NCBI GenBank assembly: GCA_030831415.1 | Contig: JAURLC010000061.1 | Coordinates: 1-51,115 of the forward strand | Source of the DNA: Bacillota bacterium | Lineage (GTDB): Bacteria; Bacillota_I; Bacilli_A; RFN20; CAG-826 | DNA length: 51,115 bases | Direction of reading: 5' to 3' | Part shown: positions 17,879 to 26,541 of the stretch, one piece after another | Numbering within the stretch: the first letter of the stretch is position 1 | Layout: each line of letters begins with the position of its first letter | The notes under the pieces: model-generated | Databases searched by the model: none | The model's input: only the letters and a program-made list of their open reading frames with translations | Told to the model about the DNA's origin: nothing | Position numbers and translations under genes: made by a program

Positions 17879-19334
17879 TCGATTAATTTTTGAACTTTCT
17901 TCTCCAGGACGTGTCGGCTTTGAATTAACACGGCAAGGCTTTTCTTCAACGGATATTAAAAGTTCACTTGATGCCTCACTTTTCCGTGATCAACCTGCCG
18001 AACTTCCTGAAGTTTCTGAACTTGACCTTGTCCGTCATTACACCAAAGTTTCCCAAAAAAATATTGGTATCGAATCCGGTTTTTATCCACTAGGATCATG
18101 CACGATGAAATATAATCCTAAAATTAATGATGAAATGGCGTCGTTGGATGGATTTCGTCAAATCCACCCCCTTCAACCGTTATCAACCGTTCAACCCTTA
18201 TTAAAGATTTACCATGAGACGTCTACGATGCTCAATCAAATCACGGGAATGGCAGGCACAACCCTTAACACCTTTGCCGGTGCACATGGGGAACTTATTG
18301 GTTTAATGATCATGAAGCATTTTCACGAGCTTCGTGGTGATTCTAAGCGAACCAAAGTTATTATCCCTGATTCTGCCCACGGTACAAATCCAGCCAGTGC
18401 GATGATGCTTGGTTATGAAACGATCACATTACCTTCAAAAAATGGATTAGTTGATATCGAGACATTGCGTCCTTTGCTTAACGATACAATCGCAGGTATT
18501 ATGCTGACAAATCCAAACACAATGGGGCTTTTTGAAAAGGATATTCTTGCCATTTCTAAAGCTGTTCATGATATCGGGGGATTACTTTATTATGATGGTG
18601 CCAATCTCAATCCTTTATTAGGCGTCGCCCGTCCTGGTGATATGGGCTTTGATATCATGCATATGAATTTACACAAAACGTTCTCTACTCCTCATGGAGG
18701 GGGTGGACCAGGTTCAGGTCCTGTCAGTGTTGCTTCCCATTTAGTGGACTATTTACCAAGCCCTGTCGTGACAAAACAACATGATGATTCCTTTACACTG
18801 AGCTATCCAGAAAAAGCATGTGGTCAAGTCGGTGGATTCTACGGCAATTTTTTAGTCATGATTCGTGCCTATTCCTATTTAAGAACTGTTGCAGAAGATT
18901 TAATGCACGTTGGACCCAATGCAATCTTAAACGCCAATTACATTAAAGAATCCCTAAAAGACGACTATAAACTTGTTATTGAATCTCCTTGCATGCATGA
19001 ATTTGTCTTTAGTGGATTAAAAGATCAATCCTCTGGTGTCAAGACACTCGATATCGCCAAAAGAACTTTAGATTTTGGGATACACGCACCCACCATTTAT
19101 TTCCCCCTTCTTGTTGATCAATCGATTATGATTGAACCAACGGAAGTAGAATCCAAAGAAACACTCGACCAATTTATTGCTATTTTTAAACAAATCGCCC
19201 ATGAAGCACGAACTAATCCTGATATCGTGAAAACAGCACCGCATTCCACACCTGTAGGTCGATTAGATGAAGTCATGGCCGCTCGTTTTCCAACTTTACA
19301 TTACAAAGCACTTAAAAATATTCACGAATCATAA
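17868..19334 (+). CDS. gcvPB: Glycine dehydrogenase (decarboxylating) subunit 2
   Basis: 488 aa with the PLP-lysine region HMNLHKTFSTPHGGGGPG. It overlaps gcvPA by 11 nt. Confidence 0.95.
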   Translation: MAYNRLIFELSSPGRVGFELTRQGFSSTDIKSSLDASLFRDQPAELPEVSELDLVRHYTKVSQKNIGIESGFYPLGSCTMKYNPKINDEMASLDGFRQIHPLQPLSTVQPLLKIYHETSTMLNQITGMAGTTLNTFAGAHGELIGLMIMKHFHELRGDSKRTKVIIPDSAHGTNPASAMMLGYETITLPSKNGLVDIETLRPLLNDTIAGIMLTNPNTMGLFEKDILAISKAVHDIGGLLYYDGANLNPLLGVARPGDMGFDIMHMNLHKTFSTPHGGGGPGSGPVSVASHLVDYLPSPVVTKQHDDSFTLSYPEKACGQVGGFYGNFLVMIRAYSYLRTVAEDLMHVGPNAILNANYIKESLKDDYKLVIESPCMHEFVFSGLKDQSSGVKTLDIAKRTLDFGIHAPTIYFPLLVDQSIMIEPTEVESKETLDQFIAIFKQIAHEARTNPDIVKTAPHSTPVGRLDEVMAARFPTLHYKALKNIHES

Positions 19335-19412
19335 TGTTTTCACGGAAACTTATTCTTTGCACTATAGCAATCTTTTTGCTACTTTATTTGTATATTTTTT
19401 AGGAGGTTTCAT

Positions 19413-20870
19413 ATGAAACTAAAACGCGAACTTGGATTGTTCTCTAGTGTCGCTATTCTTGCAGGAATTATGATTGGTTCGGGAATTTATTTCTTCTCGA
19501 TGCTCGTCTTGGGCTTAGCAAGTAATAGTCTTGGTCTATCCCTTGTTGCTTGGGTGGTTGGTGGGATTTTAACGTTATTTTCCGCTTTAACTTATGCTGA
19601 GCTTGGGACTTTATTCCCTAAAACAGGGGGTTATTATGTTTATCTTAAAAAAGCTTTTGGACCTCGGCTTGCTTTTTTATCCGGTATCACCAACTTCTTT
19701 TTATCAAGTAGTGGTTCAGTAGCCCTCCTTGCACTCCTCTTTGCTCAAGCATTAGGATTCATGCTAAGCACTCCATTTGATGGTGTAACGACTGCCATTA
19801 TTGCAGTCGTTGTTATACTTGTTTTATCCCTCATTAATTATTTGGGTGTCCGTTATGGCAAGGTTGTTCAGAATATTTTCTTTGTTGCCAAGCTTCTCCC
19901 ACTATTCATTGTTATTTTTTATGGCTTATTTTTTGGCACACAAACGGACATTTTTGCCTCTAATGGCGCAGAAAATGTCGAACTAGGATTATTAATGTCC
20001 GGCTTATTGTTTGCGGTAGCCCGTACTTTATTTGCCTACGAAGGATGGACGAACTTGAATAATGTGGTCGAAGAAATGAAAGATGCCCAACGTGATTTGC
20101 CTAAAGCATTAACAATCGCTGTCTTGTTTGTGATGTCCGTGTATGTTTTGTTTGTTGTCGGTTTATATCGTATTTTAGATTTATCTACTTTAACTGCAGC
20201 TGCTGAAGGTGCACTCAGTGCTGGCTTTGATGTCACGGCGATTTTCGGTGCATTTGGCACGATTTTTGCAGACTTTGCGGATGCCTTATCCCTCATCGTT
20301 TTTGGTGCGATTGTCATCTCTATCTTTGGCGCACTTAACGGTTCAATTTTATCGTTTCCACGCGTGTATTATGCAATGGCACAAGATGAAACGATGCCTT
20401 CTATGTTTGGAAAAATTGATAAGAAGTTCGGGACACCTTGGGTGGCGATTGTCGGTCAAACCATTGTATCCATTGTGATCGTTTTACTTGGGTATGACAA
20501 TGTTAATTACTTACTTACCTTTGTCCTCTTTGGTGGACTCATCTTCAATACACTTATTTTCTCTTCTATTTTCATGTTCCGTAAGACGATGAAAGAAACC
20601 AAACGTACATACAAAGTCTGGGGATATCCTTATGTTCCTGCGTTTGCCATTGCGGGTATGGTGATTTTATTAGTTGTTACCTTAATCAACAGCTTTGAAC
20701 CAACCATTATCGGTATCTTTGTCTTACTCATCGGTAATGGGGTTTATGATGTTTTTATGGACAAAAAACATCTTCAAGTAGCCGATATAACACCTGCTTT
20801 AGCCCGTAAAGCTGTCGTTGTAAAAACACGAAAAACAACATCAAAAAAGACAACGACCAAGAAAAAATAA
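19413..20870 (+). CDS. APC-superfamily amino acid permease
   Basis: About 12 TM segments. Signature YAELGTLFPKTGGYYVY. Lys/Thr-rich cytoplasmic tail. Strong SD TAGGAGG. Directly downstream of the gcv genes. Confidence 0.9.
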   Translation: MKLKRELGLFSSVAILAGIMIGSGIYFFSMLVLGLASNSLGLSLVAWVVGGILTLFSALTYAELGTLFPKTGGYYVYLKKAFGPRLAFLSGITNFFLSSSGSVALLALLFAQALGFMLSTPFDGVTTAIIAVVVILVLSLINYLGVRYGKVVQNIFFVAKLLPLFIVIFYGLFFGTQTDIFASNGAENVELGLLMSGLLFAVARTLFAYEGWTNLNNVVEEMKDAQRDLPKALTIAVLFVMSVYVLFVVGLYRILDLSTLTAAAEGALSAGFDVTAIFGAFGTIFADFADALSLIVFGAIVISIFGALNGSILSFPRVYYAMAQDETMPSMFGKIDKKFGTPWVAIVGQTIVSIVIVLLGYDNVNYLLTFVLFGGLIFNTLIFSSIFMFRKTMKETKRTYKVWGYPYVPAFAIAGMVILLVVTLINSFEPTIIGIFVLLIGNGVYDVFMDKKHLQVADITPALARKAVVVKTRKTTSKKTTTKKK

Positions 20871-20890
20871 CCCGTTGTTCATGAAAAATA

Positions 20891-20917
20891 AAAAGACCTC
20901 TTGAAGAGGTCTTTTTT
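20891..20917. terminator. Bidirectional rho-independent terminator between convergent genes
   Basis: aaaagacctc (20891..20900) paired with gaggtctttt (20906..20915), loop ttgaa. An A-run lies upstream and a T-run downstream. Confidence 0.8.
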
Positions 20918-20935
20918 GATTCAATAAAGAAGGAA

Positions 20936-21574
20936 CTATAAGTTAAAGAAACCAGAATAATCGATTAATCCATTCAGCGTCGATAACAAAATGGAGTTAT
21001 CGGGATGAAGTGATTCGATTAACGTTGAAACATAAATGTTGGTAAAAATTTGCGGCGTGTACGTTGCAAGGGATTGCATCACAACATTAAAGAATAAGAC
21101 ATACATTAGCCCTTCAAGCAACCCTACTGTAAAACCAATACCTTTAACTTTTAAGACAACCATGGGATCAAAATCACGATAAGAATAATTTTTTCCTTTA
21201 ATCGGAGTAAAAAGAATGTAAATGAAACCAAAGATGAAATTCCCTAAAAGGAGCACGCCTGTCACGACAAGGAACATCGCAAATGTTTTGGTTAGATTAA
21301 CAGATCCAAAAGTTAAATATGCACTCACTGTAGGTTCAATGATGGATGTAACGGCATCTAAAAACAGGGTCACGATGACAAGAATGGTGACGAGGGATAA
21401 AAACAAATTCCATAAACCAAACCAATACCCTTTTTTGATACCAGACAAACCCATAATAAGAAGGAACAAAACAATCGCTCCATCCGCAATCAATGGATTT
21501 TGTAAAATACCTAAAATAGTCGATTCAACTTGTTGTAAAATTCCTGAAATATCCATAATTAAAGAATATACCAC
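20936..21574 (-). CDS. Integral membrane protein (possibly CvpA-family)
   Basis: 212 aa with 4-5 hydrophobic segments. The N-terminal region (IVLFLLIMGLSGIKKGYWFGLWNLFLSL) is reminiscent of CvpA proteins. GTG start is preceded by AGGAAG. The family call is weak. Confidence 0.45.
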   Translation of the reverse strand: MVYSLIMDISGILQQVESTILGILQNPLIADGAIVLFLLIMGLSGIKKGYWFGLWNLFLSLVTILVIVTLFLDAVTSIIEPTVSAYLTFGSVNLTKTFAMFLVVTGVLLLGNFIFGFIYILFTPIKGKNYSYRDFDPMVVLKVKGIGFTVGLLEGLMYVLFFNVVMQSLATYTPQIFTNIYVSTLIESLHPDNSILLSTLNGLIDYSGFFNL

Positions 21575-21664
21575 AAGTTCTTCCTTTTTGAGTAAATTTT
21601 TGTTTTCATAGAAACCTTTGATTTCAAATTAAACAGAAATTGACTAAAATAAAATTCCACTTGT

Positions 21665-22930
21665 ATGTTAAAACCACCCCGACCTTCTTCTTTTCCTAAC
21701 GTTGTTTCTGTCCTCGACTTAAAAAGCTTTTATGCGGTTGTTGAATGTGTCGAACGAGGATTAGATCCGTTTAAAACTCCTCTTGTAGTAGCCGATAAAA
21801 CACGAGGCACTGGGACGATTGTTTTAGCCGTGTCCCCTTTTTTACGAAAACAAGGTGTTCCCTCACGTCTACGTGTGTTTGAGTTACCCAAGCGCGATGA
21901 TATTATTTTTGCCACACCAAGAATGAGTTTGTATTTACAACGGTCTGCTCAAGTGATGCAAACACTCTTAGATTTTGTCGGTGAGGATGATCTACATGTC
22001 TATAGCATTGATGAGGCATTTTTAAATTTAGGACCTTACTTATCTTTTTATAAAAAAACACCAGAAGCGATCATGCTTATGATCAAAGAAACGTTATATG
22101 AACGAATGAAGTTATTAGCAACCGTAGGTATTGGAGATAATCCTTTTCTTGCAAAAAGTGCCTTAGACAATGAATCTAAAAAAACGAAAAATGGCATTGC
22201 CATTTGGCGAAAAGAAGAGATTAAAAAGAAGCTATGGACTTTACCGATTGGGGATATGTGGGGGGTAGCCAAGCGAATGGAAGCCCGACTTCAACAACTC
22301 GGTATTTTCACAATTGGCGATTTAGCGAATTATCCCCTTCATCGCTTACATGCACTGTTTGGGATGATGTGTGAACAATTGCATCGACATGCAAATGGCA
22401 TTGATGAATCAAACATTCGTGAAAAATATGTTCCTGAATCTCCAGGCATTAGCATGGGACAAGTTTTATATCGTGATTATGAACCTAGTGAAATCCCTGT
22501 TGTCCTTCGAGAAATGTGTGATGATTTATGTTTGCGACTTCGTCTTGAACGTCAATTATCAAGTTTAGTTCATCTATCGATTGGATACTCGAAAACGATG
22601 GGAGGATTTTCTCATCAAATGAGCTTAATTCGCGCAACCGATGACGAAGATGAATTATACAACGCATTAATGGTGTTATTTCATAAATATATCGAAGACA
22701 AACCCGTTCGTAATATTACGTTTGCTTTCCGAAAACTTGTGCCATTGAAAAACGAGCAACTCGACTTATTTGTCGATCCTTTCTTATCCGATAAAAAAAG
22801 AAAACTCCAACAAACCATTGCAACCATCAAATCTCGTTTTGGGCATAATGCAGTTTTACGAACGTCCGCACTTTTAGAGGCCTCAACAACGAAAGAACGG
22901 CACACACTTATAGGAGGACATCGTAAATGA
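21665..22930 (+). CDS. Y-family (UmuC/UvrX/YqjW-like) translesion DNA polymerase
   Basis: 421 aa. Catalytic motifs VLDLKSFYAVVECVERGLDP and YSIDEAFLNLG. Confidence 0.9.
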   Translation: MLKPPRPSSFPNVVSVLDLKSFYAVVECVERGLDPFKTPLVVADKTRGTGTIVLAVSPFLRKQGVPSRLRVFELPKRDDIIFATPRMSLYLQRSAQVMQTLLDFVGEDDLHVYSIDEAFLNLGPYLSFYKKTPEAIMLMIKETLYERMKLLATVGIGDNPFLAKSALDNESKKTKNGIAIWRKEEIKKKLWTLPIGDMWGVAKRMEARLQQLGIFTIGDLANYPLHRLHALFGMMCEQLHRHANGIDESNIREKYVPESPGISMGQVLYRDYEPSEIPVVLREMCDDLCLRLRLERQLSSLVHLSIGYSKTMGGFSHQMSLIRATDDEDELYNALMVLFHKYIEDKPVRNITFAFRKLVPLKNEQLDLFVDPFLSDKKRKLQQTIATIKSRFGHNAVLRTSALLEASTTKERHTLIGGHRK

Positions 22931-23235
22931 GTGATCGTGGGATGAAAAAATGGGCACCTTATGCTTCGCTCATTGAGCAAAAAGGAACGATGAACCGCAT
23001 GAAGACAAATCGGGTGAAAATGCAGAAGCCTTTATTATCTAGCGAGACAGCAGAAGCGATTAATCGAGGTTTACTTGAAAATATCGGAAAAACCATCCAT
23101 ATAACCTATTTTGAAGATGGAGAAAGAAAATCGATTAAGACGACATTATTAGCCATTAAAAAGGATGAAAACCGTATCAAAACCACGGATGGTTTTTTCT
23201 TATTGAAATCTTTATTAGCCGTCGATCCAAATTAA
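22927..23235 (+). CDS. YolD-like protein (proposed UmuD-like partner of Gram-positive Y-family polymerases)
   Basis: 102 aa. N-terminal DRGMKKWAPYASL motif typical of the YolD-like family. ATGA start/stop overlap with the polymerase gene. Confidence 0.7.
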   Translation: MSDRGMKKWAPYASLIEQKGTMNRMKTNRVKMQKPLLSSETAEAINRGLLENIGKTIHITYFEDGERKSIKTTLLAIKKDENRIKTTDGFFLLKSLLAVDPN

Positions 23236-23348
23236 CCAATAAATTCGGTTTTTCTATTGTTTAATTGATATGCATAGTACTTCCATCCAACCTCAATTTA
23301 AGAATTCCCCCTCTTATTTTCCTGTATTTTCGTGTAAAGTTATAAAGG

Positions 23349-23876
23349 ATGAACACGCGCATCAATACGTTACTTATTCGTATTCAACAAGGGGAAGTCG
23401 AAGCGATGAATGAACTTTATGTCGAAACAAAACGAGGCATTTTTAGTTTTGTTTTACCCTATTTGCATGACATTCATTTAACTGAAGATATCATGCAAGA
23501 AACGTATATGAAAATTTTTCACAACATTCACCAATATCAACCTAAAACCAATGGGTTAAATTGGATGTTAACGATTGCAAAAAATACCGCACTGAATTTA
23601 CTCAATGTTCGTCAACGAGAAGATTCGTTTGACACGCAAGAAATGAATGATCGTCTTGATGGTGGCGTTGACACCTATCACTTTGACTCACCCATTATTC
23701 AAAAAGCTAAAGAGGTTTTACCCGAAGATGAAGCAACGATTGTTTTCTTATATGCCATCGGGGAATACAAACATCGAGAAATTGCCTCGATGTTATCCTT
23801 ACCACTTGGGACGGTCACATGGAAATACAACAAAGCAATGAAAACATTAAAGGAGGTTTTTGCCAATGAACAATAA
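23349..23876 (+). CDS. ECF-type sigma-70 family RNA polymerase sigma factor
   Basis: 175 aa. Region 2 (DIMQETYMKIFHNIHQY...WMLTIAKNTALN) and region 4 HTH (EYKHREIASMLSLPLGTVTWKYNKAMKTL). Confidence 0.85.
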   Translation: MNTRINTLLIRIQQGEVEAMNELYVETKRGIFSFVLPYLHDIHLTEDIMQETYMKIFHNIHQYQPKTNGLNWMLTIAKNTALNLLNVRQREDSFDTQEMNDRLDGGVDTYHFDSPIIQKAKEVLPEDEATIVFLYAIGEYKHREIASMLSLPLGTVTWKYNKAMKTLKEVFANEQ

Positions 23877-25077
23877 AGATCTCCTCAAAAAAATCAAACA
23901 AGAAGCTGACCATATTCAGCCTGATTTAACTGTCTTTTTACACGAACGTTTTGGTTCGCCTATTCAAAAGAAAAAAGTATCGATTTGGAATCTACTTCCT
24001 TCTGCAACGCTTGTGATTGGTTTTTTTATCATGGGCATTTTAATGGGTACCTTTACCCCACTCGATATTGCTTCTTCAACCCCCACCTCTACCCCAGGTT
24101 CAACGACAACATCCATTACCTCAGAAAATCCTTCTTTACCCCCCAGTTCGGAAGTTACCTTACCCCCACTGCGATTAGAAGGGGATAAAGATGCTTTGTC
24201 GGTTTCCACAATAACAACTGCTACATTATTTAACAGTCTATCAACACCTTCCACCGCTCCTTTACCCTCATTTAAATTTTCAACCTATAGTCCGGGAAGA
24301 CCTTCCTATAATTTTGAGGAAACCATGACCCTCGTTCGTCCTTATTTAGGATTGTTTGAACAACTTCTTGGTCAAACCACAGCTCCATTAGTGATTACAG
24401 AAACATTAATCGATCAACCTTTTGAATATGTCGATCGATTTATTACCTATGATATTCAAGGTTTACCCATCGAATATGAACTCTATTACAATTTGGTCAA
24501 TGTCGAAACCATCCATGATGAAGTGTATTATTCTTTAACCGGCGAACTTATCATTAATCAAGGGTCACCACTTCTTGTCACAGGTTCCAAAGTCTTAGAT
24601 GATGATGAAACTATTCTCTCATTTAAAGCAGAATTCGATGAGAATAATTACCTTGAATCCATATATAAATACGAAGAAGATGAAACGAAAATTCGTATAC
24701 GCCACATGACCGATGGTGTATTACAAGTCAATATTTTTAAACTAGAGCTCGATGATGATGAAACGGAAATCGAACTCCTATTCTTAGAAGAAAATGACGA
24801 AAACCGTGTGCGCGATCGATTTAACTTTGAGTATGAAGTCGAAGACGGTGAAAATGTTTTGAAAATTAGTTTCTCCCTTTCTACAGATAATGGTCAAGTG
24901 CGAGGGAAAATAAAAGTTCTTGTCGTTGAAATTGTAGATGAAAATGACCAAATCATTGGGTATGAGTATTTAGCTTACGAATTGGATGATGAAGGAAATG
25001 AAACCTCTGAATGGCGAGACGAACGAGATGATCGTCACGATGACGAGGAAGACGACGATGAAGAGGATGATGATTAA
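23866..25077 (+). CDS. Putative single-pass anti-sigma factor with an extracytoplasmic beta-rich domain and a poly-acidic C-terminus
   Basis: Overlaps the sigma gene. ATG 23866 lies 8 nt after AAGGAGG (the track start is TTG 23860). It has a short cytoplasmic N-terminus, one TM (LLPSATLVIGFFIMGILMGTF), an S/T/P linker, and a tail in which 21 of the last 30 residues are D/E. The function is inferred from position and topology only. Confidence 0.5.
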   Translation: MNNKDLLKKIKQEADHIQPDLTVFLHERFGSPIQKKKVSIWNLLPSATLVIGFFIMGILMGTFTPLDIASSTPTSTPGSTTTSITSENPSLPPSSEVTLPPLRLEGDKDALSVSTITTATLFNSLSTPSTAPLPSFKFSTYSPGRPSYNFEETMTLVRPYLGLFEQLLGQTTAPLVITETLIDQPFEYVDRFITYDIQGLPIEYELYYNLVNVETIHDEVYYSLTGELIINQGSPLLVTGSKVLDDDETILSFKAEFDENNYLESIYKYEEDETKIRIRHMTDGVLQVNIFKLELDDDETEIELLFLEENDENRVRDRFNFEYEVEDGENVLKISFSLSTDNGQVRGKIKVLVVEIVDENDQIIGYEYLAYELDDEGNETSEWRDERDDRHDDEEDDDEEDDD

Positions 25078-25089
25078 CTATCGTTTTTG

Positions 25090-25117
25090 TTGACAAGCTA
25101 AAACCTAATTTTATAAT
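25090..25117 (+). promoter_or_regulatory. Near-consensus sigma-A promoter of glnA
   Basis: TTGACA (25090..25095), 16-nt spacer, TATAAT (25112..25117). A leader of about 30 nt carries SD AAGGGGGG. Confidence 0.7.
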
Positions 25118-25147
25118 TAAGTTAACATTTATAAGGGGGGACAATTT

Positions 25148-26482
25148 ATGTCCGTATGGTCGAAAGCAGACATTTTAGCATTTGCTAAAAAAGAAGATGT
25201 TCGTTTTATTCGTATGCAGTTTACTGACATGCTAGGAATGGTTAAATCCGTTGATTTGCCCGTCTCACGTCTTGAAGATGCCCTAGATAATAAAATTATG
25301 TTTGATGGGTCATCGATTGAAGGATTTGTCCGAATTAAAGAGGCAGACATGTATTTATATCCCGACTTTGATTCATGGAAAATTCTTACGTTTGAAGATT
25401 TAGCGTTAGGAAAGGTTGCCCGTTTAGTGTGTGATGTTTTCACTCCGAAGGGTGAACCCTTTGAAGGAGATCCGCGGTTTATTCTTAAAAAAGCAATCAA
25501 GAAGATGGAAGATGAAGGATTTGGTTCACTCAATGTTGGATTTGAACCTGAATTTTTCCTTTTCAAAGTCAAAGATGCTAAACCTGTTGTTGAACCTAAT
25601 GATGATGCAGGTTATTTTGATTTGGCCCCGATGGATGGAGATAATTACACGCGTCGTGATATCGCTATCGAACTTGATAAACTTGGTCTCCTTGTCCAAG
25701 CTTCCCATCATGAAGTGGCCGTTGGCCAACACGAAATTAACTTCCGCTTCCAAGATGTCTTAAAAGCGTGCGACAACCTTCAATTATTTAAAACGGTTGT
25801 AAAAGTCATTGCCCACAAGCACGGTTTGCATGCGAGCTTTATGCCAAAGCCTATCGCCGGAATTAATGGTTCAGGTATGCACACCAATATGTCATTAACG
25901 ACAACCAAAGGTGAAAATGCCTTTTTTGACCCAAAAGGTGACAAGCAGCTTTCTGAAACAGCCCGTTTATGGATGACAGGTATTTTAAATCATTCACGGT
26001 CAATCGCCGCTCTTACCAATCCAACGGTCAACAGTTATAAACGTATTATTCCCGGTTATGAAGCCCCTTGCTATGCATGTTGGTCAGATGCCAATCGTTC
26101 GGCGATGATTCGTATCCCTGCCGCACGTGGAAACTCGACGCGAACGGAATTACGAAACGTTGATCCCACAGCCAATCCTTACTTAGCGCTTGCCTTCATC
26201 TTAACAGCAGGTTTAGAAGGAATTGCAACAGCCAAGGAAACGATTCCTCCTGTCTACGATAATATTTTTGAACTTACACGGGAACAACGTGAAGAACAAG
26301 GGATTCAAAATTTACCAGAAAACTTAAAGGATGCGTTAAAGGAAATGAAAAAAGATCCTTTAATGCTGGATGTGTTAGGACAACATACCTTAACGAAGTA
26401 TCTGATTGCCAAAGAAAAAGAATGGGACAGTTACCGTACCTTCGTTTCTCAATGGGAAATTGATCGCTATCTCCGTTTGTAA
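25148..26482 (+). CDS. glnA: Glutamine synthetase, type I
   Basis: 444 aa. Motifs FDGSSIEGF, NGSGMHTNMSL and EAPCYACWSDANRSAMIRIP. Confidence 0.95.
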   Translation: MSVWSKADILAFAKKEDVRFIRMQFTDMLGMVKSVDLPVSRLEDALDNKIMFDGSSIEGFVRIKEADMYLYPDFDSWKILTFEDLALGKVARLVCDVFTPKGEPFEGDPRFILKKAIKKMEDEGFGSLNVGFEPEFFLFKVKDAKPVVEPNDDAGYFDLAPMDGDNYTRRDIAIELDKLGLLVQASHHEVAVGQHEINFRFQDVLKACDNLQLFKTVVKVIAHKHGLHASFMPKPIAGINGSGMHTNMSLTTTKGENAFFDPKGDKQLSETARLWMTGILNHSRSIAALTNPTVNSYKRIIPGYEAPCYACWSDANRSAMIRIPAARGNSTRTELRNVDPTANPYLALAFILTAGLEGIATAKETIPPVYDNIFELTREQREEQGIQNLPENLKDALKEMKKDPLMLDVLGQHTLTKYLIAKEKEWDSYRTFVSQWEIDRYLRL

Positions 26483-26503
26483 TCTGTCTGATAATGCCAA
26501 ACA

Positions 26504-26536
26504 AAAAACCCTTCATTGCTGAAGGGTTTTTCTTTT
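26504..26536. terminator. Bidirectional rho-independent terminator (glnA / aminopeptidase)
   Basis: 12-bp stem, aaaaacccttca (26504..26515) paired with tgaagggttttt (26520..26531), loop ttgc, followed by a T-run. Confidence 0.8.
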
Positions 26537-26541
26537 ACACA

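Noticed and set aside
21222-21611. 129-aa plus-strand ORF overlapping the 20936..21574 membrane protein gene. Similar shadow ORFs occur at 5413..5895, 7602..7943, 22681..22980, 26694..27068 and 35906..36229.
   Set aside because: All lie inside, and antisense or out of frame to, longer ORFs that have clear family signatures. None has recognisable motifs or translation signals.
21611-21625. LexA/Cheo box upstream of the Y-family polymerase (GAAACCTTTGATTTC)
   Set aside because: It does not fit GAAC-N4-GTTC: both half-sites are altered (GAAAC and GATTTC). I kept it only as a degenerate palindrome mentioned in a finding.
25078-25147. GlnR/TnrA operator (TGTNA-N7-TNACA) in the glnA promoter region
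   Set aside because: TGTTGACAAGCTAAAAC and the GTTAAC palindrome do not satisfy both half-sites. This is treated as absence and reported as a low-interest finding.
25129-25572. 147-aa ORF antisense to the 5' end of glnA, spanning the glnA promoter
   Set aside because: It lies opposite a strongly conserved gene, has a low-complexity S/N/K-rich composition, and has no SD or promoter. It is a typical shadow ORF in an AT-rich genome.
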